Source of the DNA: a virus
Lineage: Duplodnaviria; Caudoviricetes
Virus record (IMG/VR): IMGVR_UViG_3300021959_007005
Reading direction: 5' to 3' (one strand)
DNA length: 64,000 nucleotides
In this document: one piece after another, positions 1-9,672 of the stretch
How positions within the stretch are numbered: position 1 is the first letter of the stretch
Layout of the letters: each line of letters begins with the position of its first letter
The notes under the pieces: model-generated
What the model was told of the DNA's origin: nothing
What the model saw: the letters and a program-made list of their open reading frames with translations, nothing else
The model's database searches: none
Translations under genes and position numbers: made by a program

Positions 1-1051
1 TAGTACGTAGTTCGTCTATAATTTTATCACAGTCTGTAATAGTACCAATCGGTCCACGAGTACCGTCAAACTTGGCTTGACATGTCTGATGATGCCATAT
101 AGTATCTGTTTGTTGTTCAATGTGTAGGAAGAACCAGTTAACACTACACTGCCAGTTACGGAATTTAGCAAAGTCCAAGAATGTACTTTTACTCCAGCAA
201 CCATCACTACCACATGTTTCCATTGTACGACTACCACAACATGGACGTCCTAGTTCTCTAGCAAACTTTTTCTCTGGGGGTTTCTCAGTTGCCATCATCA
301 TTACACCCGCTGGTGGTTTCTTTACTGGAGCAGGCTTAGGCTTGTCGTTTAGTGCGGCGTTTTTATTTGCCCAGTAGTCTTTCATCCACTGTAGTTGCTC
401 ATCTGTGTAGCGGTGTGCATATGAGTTTTTACTATCCTCATGCTCGCCAATCATTCGTGGCACATATCCAATACCATCACGCTCAAACTGTATACACAAG
501 TCTTTACACTCGTCCCAGTACTCTGCGTGAAACATTACATTAATCTTAATTGGAAATTTATGCTCAGTAAAATAATATATATTATCTATTACTTGCTTTT
601 TAAGATTGGCATGTGCTTCTGCATGGTAACTAATAGTCATAAATCCATAATTAGCAATAACATTATCTGCCATCTTCTTGCCAAATGCGCCGTTACTGGT
701 AATAGTAAGGGTCATTTTAAAGTCGTCAGCATATTTCTCATTGTATGTATCACGTAACCACTGACCAAATGCTAAAAAGTTTGGATTATTTGTGGGCTCT
801 CCACCAGTAAAGTTTAAATTAATACGCTTATTCTTTTTGTGTGGCATCATTAGTTGTGCGTAATCAAATACAAACTCTCCAGTCTTTTGCAGTGTAGCTA
901 AGTCAGCATGTTTACTAAAGTTATCATGACGGTGTGGGGGACAATATGTACAATCATAGTTACAGCGTCTACCTACATCCCAAGTAACAGTTAAGTTGTC
1001 ACCATCCAGTAAATTAATAGCTGTGAAATCTTTTTGTTCTAATTCTAGCAT
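1..1051 (-). CDS. Radical SAM protein with C-terminal Cys-rich SPASM/Twitch-like region, partial (runs off the left edge; absent from the ORF track)
   Basis: Manual translation from ATG at 1051 (TGATG overlap with the upstream stop): MLELEQKDF...WDVGRRCNYDCTYCPP...FTGGEPT...ITSNG...ISYHAE...PCCGSRTMETC...QCSVNWFFLHI...HHQTC. The frame is open to position 2 (350 codons). Confidence 0.9.
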   Translation of the reverse strand, partial: MLELEQKDFTAINLLDGDNLTVTWDVGRRCNYDCTYCPPHRHDNFSKHADLATLQKTGEFVFDYAQLMMPHKKNKRINLNFTGGEPTNNPNFLAFGQWLRDTYNEKYADDFKMTLTITSNGAFGKKMADNVIANYGFMTISYHAEAHANLKKQVIDNIYYFTEHKFPIKINVMFHAEYWDECKDLCIQFERDGIGYVPRMIGEHEDSKNSYAHRYTDEQLQWMKDYWANKNAALNDKPKPAPVKKPPAGVMMMATEKPPEKKFARELGRPCCGSRTMETCGSDGCWSKSTFLDFAKFRNWQCSVNWFFLHIEQQTDTIWHHQTCQAKFDGTRGPIGTITDCDKIIDELRT

Positions 1052-2367
1052 CAGCGTGGGGTCTCCAAAAATTCAATTATATCAGCATGTAGATAATCAT
1101 TATAAGTTTGATTTCTACTTTTGTCAAATGCTGTTACTTCTTTGAGCATGTTAAGTCTATGTTGTTCAGTAACAGTCATCTCCAGATGCTGCTGTAAAAA
1201 TGTAATAATGTTTTGTGTATTAACAAAAAATTTAGTCTCTTCGTTGGGAATTATAGCACTTAGTTGTTGTATCAGATCTTGTTTTATATGTTTGGGCAAG
1301 AACTTTATATTAATGTACTTATTCTCTGGCCAAAGTAGGTCTATCCAAAAACTCCAACTTAGTTGAGATTTACCGTAGACTGTGTGCAACTGGTAATGGT
1401 AATTGTAAAGATCCACTAAGTGGTGTACGTTTAGTGCAGTTACTACTGGATTAAAATTCACTGTGCCCGGGCGAGTGTTTTTACTGAGATAGTTTTCCAC
1501 GCTGTGTGTTAAACGATCCCATGTCCATGGATAACGCATGTAATGATAATTGTTCCCAATACTGTCTATGCTTGCATTCAGTCTCAGTTCTTTAAATTGA
1601 TTTAATTTATTCATCAGCTTGTCAGTAAACTTTGTACAATTACTATGAAACTCTAATACAATATTCTTAGCACAGTCACGCTCAATAGCAGTGTCAAGGA
1701 ATTGTAAAAAACCACCACTGAGTGTTGTTTCGCCACCAGTGGCTTTAATCTGTGTTAATTCGTGAATATTATCTAATATATCTTGCCATTGATGATTGTC
1801 TTGATCAAAATTATGCACAGCATACTCATTACCTGGGTCACTGTTTAATGCCTGTGTAAAAGGATGATCACTGGCATAATCAAAGTCCTGCATACCAACA
1901 GTGTCGATGTCATTTTCTAAAAAATATCTATAATCTATTCTAAGTTTGTTGCTTAACCCTGGCATACATATACGACATCTTAAATTACAATTCTCTCCGA
2001 AACTAAAATCAATTACTTGTAATACGGGGTCAGTTAATAACTGGGAGTCGTGATATTTTATTTCACTTAGCCGATAACTACTTGCTCCACGATCTTCCAT
2101 ACGCCAACATACATCACAAGCACTGTGTCGCTCACCTGCTAACATGGTTGCTCGTAACTCAGACATCTCTTCACCGTGAAATATTTCTTTAGCAGTGGGA
2201 GTAGTGGTTTTAAGTTTAGTTACCAAGCCCATTGGATCAGGTGTTTCAGGACGTATCATATTACAACACGGTGTGGCATTGGTAATACTTTGAGAATTCC
2301 ATTCTTTAAGAGCTAGCTGTGTGAACGGATGCCAGCAAAATGTATTTTGTTTACTTGGATGCACCAA
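1051..2367 (-). CDS. Radical SAM protein, N-terminal Twitch-like module (type A)
   Basis: FCWHPF..TPCC..CDVCW, then CNLRCRIC, ATGGET, RYPWTW and C-terminal FDKSR. Confidence 0.9.
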   Translation of the reverse strand: MVHPSKQNTFCWHPFTQLALKEWNSQSITNATPCCNMIRPETPDPMGLVTKLKTTTPTAKEIFHGEEMSELRATMLAGERHSACDVCWRMEDRGASSYRLSEIKYHDSQLLTDPVLQVIDFSFGENCNLRCRICMPGLSNKLRIDYRYFLENDIDTVGMQDFDYASDHPFTQALNSDPGNEYAVHNFDQDNHQWQDILDNIHELTQIKATGGETTLSGGFLQFLDTAIERDCAKNIVLEFHSNCTKFTDKLMNKLNQFKELRLNASIDSIGNNYHYMRYPWTWDRLTHSVENYLSKNTRPGTVNFNPVVTALNVHHLVDLYNYHYQLHTVYGKSQLSWSFWIDLLWPENKYINIKFLPKHIKQDLIQQLSAIIPNEETKFFVNTQNIITFLQQHLEMTVTEQHRLNMLKEVTAFDKSRNQTYNDYLHADIIEFLETPR

Positions 2368-3214
2368 CTACTCCCAATGCCCATGCTCTTTCTGCACACC
2401 AAAAACAACCCCCTTGTGAATTGTCGGTGATATCATTACAGGTCACCAATGGTGTAATACCATGTTCATATTCAGTATAGTCTTTGAATGGTTCTGACTC
2501 CATAAATTTAAACAAGTTTTTGTCACCTTCGCAACTTCTGGTGGTGTTGAATAAGTCCATCCAGTTATTGCGTATGTATTCATTAATAATAAAGTCTTTG
2601 GTTACTAGTTTCCAGGGATGACATCCTACAAAACCATTCTGCCGCTGATACTGCGGGCAGTATGTGGCAAATTCCAATTTTAACTGATCCCAACTTCTAT
2701 CCCATGGTTTTTCTCTGTGTGTTAGTTGTGAGTCAGATGGATTATTGGTTATAAAGTTGTACACTGCATCTAAGTTATAGGTATGTACAGCAAATTGATT
2801 AAAACTTCTTGTACATATTCTGTCACCAGTGGTGCCGATTTGTTCAATAACTCCTATAGCACCATCTTCTATCTCAGGCGGAATAAAATTTTGTACTCTT
2901 TGCATGATCACATCAGGAAACATTTCACGTAATTTATTGTATACTTCTACACTAATAGGGGCTGCCCATGGTCTATTGTTCCATACTCTCACATTGGTAA
3001 GCACTGTGATTGCTGTATTGTTTCCGTGTTCTAGTATAAGTTTACACAGTGTTGCAGTACCAACTGCACTGTCTGCTCCTCCACTTAGATTTACACCTAT
3101 ATTAGCCCAAGCAGGATCATATGGATAAAGTAATCCATTTACATCATGAAGTACACTTGGGTCTACACCAAACTTCTCGTAACTGCTATTGCTTAATTTA
3201 ATATTAAATGTCAT
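2351..3214 (-). CDS. QueC-like PP-loop ATP pyrophosphatase
   Basis: N-terminal LSGGADSA PP-loop; C-terminal TRSCEG...C...CFWCAER metal-binding motif as in the QueC family. Confidence 0.7.
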   Translation of the reverse strand: MTFNIKLSNSSYEKFGVDPSVLHDVNGLLYPYDPAWANIGVNLSGGADSAVGTATLCKLILEHGNNTAITVLTNVRVWNNRPWAAPISVEVYNKLREMFPDVIMQRVQNFIPPEIEDGAIGVIEQIGTTGDRICTRSFNQFAVHTYNLDAVYNFITNNPSDSQLTHREKPWDRSWDQLKLEFATYCPQYQRQNGFVGCHPWKLVTKDFIINEYIRNNWMDLFNTTRSCEGDKNLFKFMESEPFKDYTEYEHGITPLVTCNDITDNSQGGCFWCAERAWALGVVGASK

Positions 3215-4607
3215 TGAATATATCTTTCATTTCTGGGAATGTTGCACTGAAACTGTTGTTGCGTTGACGATCACATAAACTTAAAAATTCTTTCATTTCA
3301 GGCAAGCGTACACTCCAGTCTTCACTTTCCATAAACTGTATCATACCTTCAAGTCGTTTAATACCGTAGTCAGCGGTTCGCCATTCTTCGTAAGTAACTT
3401 TGCCCTTGTGCCAACTGGGTATACTTAATTCCCAGTTTTCTTCCCACCATGGATAAAACTCCTTGTATTTTTTACGACACTCAGCTTTAAACCAGGCTGG
3501 TAGTACTTTAACATTTAAGTGTGCTGGATGATATACAAAGTGATAGTTTATACCACCTGCGCCAAACGGCCACATGTTTATTTTATTAAACCGTTGCTCT
3601 AGTTTCCAACGGATAAAGTCTGGTAGATAATAGATGTTTAGAGCTTGCACTGCACATGCAACTGTAATTTCAACATTATTACTTGTTTCTTTATCAAGTA
3701 TATGAAATACTTCTTCTGTGCGTTTCCATTTACTAGGATATCGAATATAATCATTCATTTCGTGTATACTATCTACACTATAATGGAATCTTACCAGTTT
3801 AAATTCTTTCCACAAGTCAAATAAATCCTCCCTCCATTCAACTCCATTTGAGTTATAACGTAGTTCTAAATTCTTTGCATGCCCTTGCTTAATACATTCT
3901 TCAAGTATCTCATAGTGTTCATCAATAATTAAACTCTCACCGCCAGCAAAATATATCTGTTGCATATTTGGAATCTGTTCGTAAAACTGTTCCCAGAATA
4001 CTGGATTATGTTTATGCCAGTTGTAACTGCTTCCATTAATACTGCCTTTGTCACGCCATTGTGTATTGCTTTTCAAACTTTCATTTTGTATTTGAGGATT
4101 TATTGCTTTCCAGTCTTTAATCCAACCTGATGAATCGTGTGGACTACACATAACACAAGCTAGTTGACACTTTGTGCCAAAGCGTAAATCAATGTATGCC
4201 AAGTTAGGAGGCACTTCTCCGTTCTCTTGTGTATTTTGTATGAGACTTTCTAGATCTGTGCGTTGCATCCAATATGCGGTCTCCCACTGACGTTTACTAC
4301 GATGCCCTGCTGCTTCTTCCTTGTAACATTTTACACAACTAGGAGGTTGTTCGCCGTTGAGCATTTGCTTGCGAACGTTCTTCATGTATGTACTGTTCCA
4401 CGAACTTTGAAAATCAGTTATGTTTAAATTGTTGGGTTTGCCTTCATCGTCTTTAAGTACTCCAACCATACCCCCGTGTTCTTTATCATTAGTGGCGCCA
4501 ACACTACTAGCATTTGCAGTACAACATACTCGCATACTGCCATCTGGCCTTGTACTAAGATGCACCCAGGGCAGTATACAAAATGTGTCACTTGGTATTT
4601 TTGTCAT
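3204..4607 (-). CDS. Radical SAM protein, N-terminal Twitch-like module (type A)
   Basis: FCILPW..VCC..CVKCY; CQLACVMC; FAGGES; RYPSKW; CDRQR. Confidence 0.92.
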   Translation of the reverse strand: MTKIPSDTFCILPWVHLSTRPDGSMRVCCTANASSVGATNDKEHGGMVGVLKDDEGKPNNLNITDFQSSWNSTYMKNVRKQMLNGEQPPSCVKCYKEEAAGHRSKRQWETAYWMQRTDLESLIQNTQENGEVPPNLAYIDLRFGTKCQLACVMCSPHDSSGWIKDWKAINPQIQNESLKSNTQWRDKGSINGSSYNWHKHNPVFWEQFYEQIPNMQQIYFAGGESLIIDEHYEILEECIKQGHAKNLELRYNSNGVEWREDLFDLWKEFKLVRFHYSVDSIHEMNDYIRYPSKWKRTEEVFHILDKETSNNVEITVACAVQALNIYYLPDFIRWKLEQRFNKINMWPFGAGGINYHFVYHPAHLNVKVLPAWFKAECRKKYKEFYPWWEENWELSIPSWHKGKVTYEEWRTADYGIKRLEGMIQFMESEDWSVRLPEMKEFLSLCDRQRNNSFSATFPEMKDIFNDI

Positions 4608-5965
4608 TGTATTATCTCATAAAAGTTTGGAACAATATCTGTAATATTTTGTCCTCTGTGTTGGTCTAGTTGTTTTGTGTACTTGTGTAATTTTACAGCA
4701 AGTTCGGGCAGAGCTGTGTCATTGTACCAGTAACGCCACGAATTGTTTTGTTTATCAAAGCCCAATACTTCAATGTAAAGTGCAATATTAACAATTCTTT
4801 TTTTAAGTTTATCTAACTCTCTCCAATGATCTTGTACAGTTTGTGTTTGTGTATCCACGGTGTCTATTATACTGTTTAAATATTTTGTCACTGGCTGATA
4901 TACGTCTGTGTACCATGTGTACTTAGCAGATTTATTTAATTGTTTTGCTGACAAATAATCGGGATCATACAATAGATCATAACTCAGTGTAAATCTACTA
5001 CCCAGCTGTTGTTGGATCCATTTATCTGTATACCACCGTGTTAGGCGATCAATGTGCATTATGTTATATATTTGTATTACTGGAGTTAAATTTATTTGTA
5101 CATTTTTAATAGCAAGTAATTTATCAATGTTATGTTCAATTGTTACCCAGTCACTGGGATATCTAATATAATTGTTTACATCGTCGATGCCATCTATACT
5201 GCCGTTTATTTCTACACTGTCAAACTTGTGCATCAACTCTAAAAATCTCTGTTGTATATTAGTGAGATTACTGGTTAGTTTTAATCTAATGTTTTTAGCC
5301 AAGTTATTTTGCACAAGTTTATCAACAAGTTCATACATTTCATCGTGTAGTGTAGGTTCCCCTCCTACAAATGTAATCTCTTCAATCTCTGCAATGCCAT
5401 CATTGATACTACTCCACAGTTTAGCAGTATCCCACTCGGCAACATCATAGTGCTTGTAGTGTGTAGGAAGTCCCATAGATGCAAATTGTTTTTGCTCTCG
5501 AACTATCTGACTGCTAAAGTGAGGCCAGCACATACGACATTTTAAGTTACACAAGTTACTCAGTCTGATATCATAGTAGCGTATGCGTGGGTTATCAATG
5601 ATGTCTTCCCACTGATCATTGATTTTTGTGTGAGGCTTGTGTAGCCATTTTTGATTTTCTTTGCGCCGCTTACTGGGCAATTCTTCTTTTTTATGTTTGC
5701 TCCAGTCACTACTGAAAATCTCTTCTTCACGCCAACATGTCGCACACTCTGGCAATTGTTGATCTTGTTCCCATACTTTGTGTCTCAGTTCGCGATAATG
5801 TTTACTGTTCCATATCTCGTCAATGCTGTGAGTGTTAACGTTATAAGGCACACCATTGTCATCTAGTATAACATCGTGCTTGCTTACTTTGCAACACAAG
5901 CGACAGGTGCCTTCTGTTGTGGTTGCTAAATGTATAAAAGGAAGAATACAAAAGTTCTTGTGCAT
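4604..5965 (-). CDS. Radical SAM protein, N-terminal Twitch-like module (type A)
   Basis: FCILPF..LCC..CATCW; CNLKCRMC; FVGGEP; RYPSDW; LDQHR. Confidence 0.92.
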   Translation of the reverse strand: MHKNFCILPFIHLATTTEGTCRLCCKVSKHDVILDDNGVPYNVNTHSIDEIWNSKHYRELRHKVWEQDQQLPECATCWREEEIFSSDWSKHKKEELPSKRRKENQKWLHKPHTKINDQWEDIIDNPRIRYYDIRLSNLCNLKCRMCWPHFSSQIVREQKQFASMGLPTHYKHYDVAEWDTAKLWSSINDGIAEIEEITFVGGEPTLHDEMYELVDKLVQNNLAKNIRLKLTSNLTNIQQRFLELMHKFDSVEINGSIDGIDDVNNYIRYPSDWVTIEHNIDKLLAIKNVQINLTPVIQIYNIMHIDRLTRWYTDKWIQQQLGSRFTLSYDLLYDPDYLSAKQLNKSAKYTWYTDVYQPVTKYLNSIIDTVDTQTQTVQDHWRELDKLKKRIVNIALYIEVLGFDKQNNSWRYWYNDTALPELAVKLHKYTKQLDQHRGQNITDIVPNFYEIIQ

Positions 5966-5970
5966 GTGTA

Positions 5971-6003
5971 TATTTATTAACGTAGTACTTAATAAGATAA
6001 ATA
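5971..6003. promoter_or_regulatory. Back-to-back T4-like late promoter motifs
   Basis: ATAAATA on the minus strand (5977-5971) lies 5 nt before ATG 5965; ATAAATA on the plus strand (5997-6003) lies 5 nt before ATG 6009. Confidence 0.7.
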
Positions 6004-6008
6004 TTAGA

Positions 6009-7277
6009 ATGGAACATCCTACTTATTGTAGCTTTCCGTTTGAAAGCATTGCTCCTAAAAGCTGGGTTGATGGTCGTCCACATCGTGTAACACCTTGTTG
6101 TAACATGAAGTCGGACAATACTGACGATCCAATGGGAGTAAAACCTCTAATAGACGCTGGTGCTAGTTTAGCAGATATTTTTGCTAGCCCACAGTTTGAT
6201 CAACTACGTTTAGACTTACTGAGTGGCATACGCAACCCAGCATGTGAGTATTGTTGGCGGCTGGAAAGTCGAACAGGACACAGCCCACGTATTACTACTA
6301 TTGAACCGCTAAAACAAAGTACAGCTCCAGCTACTAAAAAGTTAATGAAGTTAGATACTATGATAGACGAAAGTTGTAACCTCCAGTGTAGAATGTGTGC
6401 GCCCAGTGTTAGCAATAGTCTACGTAAAGACTACAATCAGATACTAGAACTTGACTTACCGTTACCTGAATATTATAACATAAAGCAGACAGAAAGTCAA
6501 GCTGATCCCAGTGGAACACAAGTATTTTTTGGACCTAATACAGAATATCAAAAAGAGATAATTGATATAGGAGACGAAATACGTGAGCTAAAGTTTACTG
6601 GCGGAGAGCCAACTGTTAGTAAAACATTTTGGAGTATCGTTAATAATTTAAACTATCCAGAAAATGTAAAAATACATTTAACAACCAATGCTACTAAATT
6701 TAATCATTTATTTTTAGACAGTATGAAGAAGTTCGGTAAACGCCACTTTACACTAAGCATAGACGGTACCCGTAGTACATATGAATACATACGATATCCC
6801 TTTAACTGGCGAAAGCTGGAAAATAATATAAACAAACTTTGTGAAACACAAAATCCAGACAGTACTGAGATACATATTTGTAGTGTGTTAACCACATATA
6901 ATATGTTAAACATACGTAACCTTATTGATTGGATTATACAACACAATTGGTATAGTGAACACAAGATTACATGGAAGTGTATCCCTGATCCACATCCAGT
7001 AGATAGTTGTTTAGATGTTAAGTGGGCAAGTACAGAACTATTGGACATAGTATATCAAACTATGTGTGCTGTAGAGTGTGATGAATATGTACAGGGTGGT
7101 GTACAAAAAACTATAAAGTATTTAGAATGGTGTTTGAATCAAACACATGATCCTGATGTACTAACGGAACGTAGAGCTAGGCTAAAACAAGACACACTAA
7201 CACTTGATATTGTACGTAAACAAAACTATGATGAAATGTTACAGCCACAAGTAGCTGATTTTATTCTGCATATTTGA
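6009..7277 (+). CDS. Radical SAM protein, N-terminal Twitch-like module (type A), inverted orientation
   Basis: Start moved to ATG 6009 (MEHPTYC) because the longer ORF overlaps the neighbouring gene; YCSFPF..PCC..CEYCW; CNLQCRMC; FTGGEP; RYPFNW; LDIVR. Confidence 0.9.
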   Translation: MEHPTYCSFPFESIAPKSWVDGRPHRVTPCCNMKSDNTDDPMGVKPLIDAGASLADIFASPQFDQLRLDLLSGIRNPACEYCWRLESRTGHSPRITTIEPLKQSTAPATKKLMKLDTMIDESCNLQCRMCAPSVSNSLRKDYNQILELDLPLPEYYNIKQTESQADPSGTQVFFGPNTEYQKEIIDIGDEIRELKFTGGEPTVSKTFWSIVNNLNYPENVKIHLTTNATKFNHLFLDSMKKFGKRHFTLSIDGTRSTYEYIRYPFNWRKLENNINKLCETQNPDSTEIHICSVLTTYNMLNIRNLIDWIIQHNWYSEHKITWKCIPDPHPVDSCLDVKWASTELLDIVYQTMCAVECDEYVQGGVQKTIKYLEWCLNQTHDPDVLTERRARLKQDTLTLDIVRKQNYDEMLQPQVADFILHI

Positions 7278-8295
7278 TTTCGTTTTGATATGCACGATTT
7301 TTGGCACAAGTCCGTATACAACGACTTATGTGCAAATTATGTCTTGGATCAAAACTATCGCTAAGTGTTTGTGCATAGTAATCAGTTGCAAGTATTTGAT
7401 CAATTGAGTGTGTGTTTAAATTATTCCAACCTTGCGTAAACCCACTATACTTGTCATTGATACCTTCTTTATTTTTAAAACTACTGTCCCATAAAAAACA
7501 ACAAGGCCATAGTGTACTGTTGGCGGCTACAAATATTTCTTTATCGTGATAAAATTTGCAACTTATACTGTCCAAAATTGATTCGATTTCTTCTTGACTT
7601 TTGTTTTCTTGTTGTATAAACTTATCTAATTGTTTTACTTCTTTTACTTTACTGTGTTCTTTTGCGCCAGTGGTTGTTATAGTCTTTTCTACTTTATTAT
7701 TCTTTTTGCCAATTTGTGCAACCCAGTTGTGATAACTATTACGCATTCCAGTACGAGTAGCAAACTTAAAATTCATGCTCTTCGCTAATGCACGAGCTTG
7801 TTCTAGTTCGTGTTCATTATGATCAAACACAATGTATATCCAAGTTGCTTCGCCACCGGCATCGGCGTATGCTTGCATATTACGTTTAATAATTTTATAA
7901 TTGGTGTTTACACGATATATATGATTGGTTTCAGTGCCGTCAACACAGAAGTGTACATCAACTCCTAACTGTGCTAATCGTGCCCACCAGTCTGCACTGT
8001 TGCGTCCACCATTGGTACTGTACTGTATGTGCGCTCCGTGATCAACTAAATGTTGTGTAATTTCTAAACATTCAGGATTAACAATTGGATCTCCCAGTAC
8101 TCCACAAAACTTAAAACGTTTACCTGCAATGTGTCTGCGATCAGGAAACCAAGTTTTAATTTGTTGTAGTGTTAAGTTTTGTGGTTTTAGTATATCTAAG
8201 TTTTGTGTTCTAGCACATCCTGGACATGCGGCATTACAATCGCTGCTTATTTCTAATTCAATTCGTTCAATTGTATCTATATTAATTAAGTACAT
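7261..8295 (-). CDS. Radical SAM protein with C-terminal Twitch module (type B)
   Basis: CNAACPGC; FCGVLGDP; STNGG; C-terminal SCK..IFV..LWPCC..CIRTC. Confidence 0.9.
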   Translation of the reverse strand: MYLINIDTIERIELEISSDCNAACPGCARTQNLDILKPQNLTLQQIKTWFPDRRHIAGKRFKFCGVLGDPIVNPECLEITQHLVDHGAHIQYSTNGGRNSADWWARLAQLGVDVHFCVDGTETNHIYRVNTNYKIIKRNMQAYADAGGEATWIYIVFDHNEHELEQARALAKSMNFKFATRTGMRNSYHNWVAQIGKKNNKVEKTITTTGAKEHSKVKEVKQLDKFIQQENKSQEEIESILDSISCKFYHDKEIFVAANSTLWPCCFLWDSSFKNKEGINDKYSGFTQGWNNLNTHSIDQILATDYYAQTLSDSFDPRHNLHISRCIRTCAKNRAYQNEIKYAE

Positions 8296-8299
8296 ACAT

Positions 8300-8314
8300 T
8301 ATTTATGATAAATA
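8300..8314. promoter_or_regulatory. Near-palindromic bidirectional late promoter TATTTAT-G-ATAAATA
   Basis: ATAAATA reads outward on both strands: 4 nt before ATG 8295 (-) and 5 nt before ATG 8320 (+). Confidence 0.7.
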
Positions 8315-8319
8315 CTAGT

Positions 8320-9672
8320 ATGAGAAACAAGCATAAACGTCACAGTGATGTCATCAAAGAATTCAATCTGCCAAATTTTTGTGCAAGTCCTTGGAACAGT
8401 TTTCACGAAGGACCAGAGGGTTTGGTTAGTACTTGCTGTAAAACCAGACAACCAATTGGCTGGAGTAACAAGCAAACCTATGAAGAAATGTACAACAGTG
8501 ATCATGCTAAAGACGTTAGGGCAGCTTTTTTGCGTGGCGAAAGACATTCACAGTGTGAAGCATGTTGGATACAAGAAGTAAACGGAGAGCCTAGTTTAAA
8601 CAGGGTACACGGCAATGCTATGAGTGATATGGATAACTTGCGTGAACTTGTTGCTAATACAGATGCAGACGGAACACTGCACGTACAAAAGCCTGAATGG
8701 CTAGACTTGTTGTGGACATCAAAGTGTAATTTTGCTTGTTTGGGGTGCGGCCCTGATCTTAGCAGTACAATTAACAACAAATATAGAAAAGAATTTGCTA
8801 TTCTAAATGATAATTCAGCAGATCAATATTATCCTCACATGACCAATTGGGATAACATGGGAAAGCACAAAGTAGATTATGTTCTAAAACACGCAGACAC
8901 TATTCGTAGCATACACTTAAATGGCGGCGAGCCGTGGATGCAACAAGAAACATATGAGCTATTAGAAGAACTTCTCAAGCGTGGATTGCACAAAACTATA
9001 CAAGTGTGGAGTCATACCAATGGTAGTATTACAAAAAGTTATAAAGGTGTTGATATTATTGAAGAGTATCTTGTACATTGGGGGCGAAACTGTAAAGTTA
9101 CTATGAGTAATGATGGGTTTGGCAGCGTAGGAGAATATACTCGTTACGGATACAAAGATAAAAAATGGTTGGAAACATATCGTAAAGTAAGAGAATCAGG
9201 TATAGAACTTACAATACAAACTTGTTGGAATATGTTTAACGCACCCAACATTGACGAAATTGGTACTTGGTATCTTGACAATTGCCCAGGTACGCACTAC
9301 GATCCGCCTTATAATGTACCAGACGGTAGCTTAACTATATGGACAAACACAACAACCCAGCCTTGTATGATAAACTATGTACCTGAACTACAGCAACAAG
9401 GGTTACAAGCACTCAAACGTTTGCAAAAATCTGAAATTCATCCTTACAGTTGGCGAGAAAATATACAGCGTTGGATCAATTGGTTAAATCAAGACTTAGA
9501 ACAATACAGTGTAGATTATAAAAATTTACTTGCATGGCGTCGAGGAATAGATGCATTGGATATTGCTCGTGGCACTGATTTGTGTACAAGTGTTCCACGG
9601 TTACAACCATTGTATGAGTTGGCTACTCAAATTGAGCAGCAAACGGATCAAACTCACTGCCACACTTCATAG
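8320..9672 (+). CDS. Radical SAM protein, N-terminal Twitch-like module (type A), inverted orientation
   Basis: Start at ATG 8320 (MRNKH); FCASPW..TCC..CEACW; CNFACLGC; LNGGEP; SHTNG; LDIAR. Confidence 0.9.
   Translation: MRNKHKRHSDVIKEFNLPNFCASPWNSFHEGPEGLVSTCCKTRQPIGWSNKQTYEEMYNSDHAKDVRAAFLRGERHSQCEACWIQEVNGEPSLNRVHGNAMSDMDNLRELVANTDADGTLHVQKPEWLDLLWTSKCNFACLGCGPDLSSTINNKYRKEFAILNDNSADQYYPHMTNWDNMGKHKVDYVLKHADTIRSIHLNGGEPWMQQETYELLEELLKRGLHKTIQVWSHTNGSITKSYKGVDIIEEYLVHWGRNCKVTMSNDGFGSVGEYTRYGYKDKKWLETYRKVRESGIELTIQTCWNMFNAPNIDEIGTWYLDNCPGTHYDPPYNVPDGSLTIWTNTTTQPCMINYVPELQQQGLQALKRLQKSEIHPYSWRENIQRWINWLNQDLEQYSVDYKNLLAWRRGIDALDIARGTDLCTSVPRLQPLYELATQIEQQTDQTHCHTS

Noticed and set aside
2351-3214. 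7-deazaguanine DNA modification pathway (QueC plus a QueE-like radical SAM)
   Set aside because: No FolE, QueD or DpdA is visible, and the adjacent radical SAM proteins are about 440-470 aa with auxiliary clusters, unlike short QueE.
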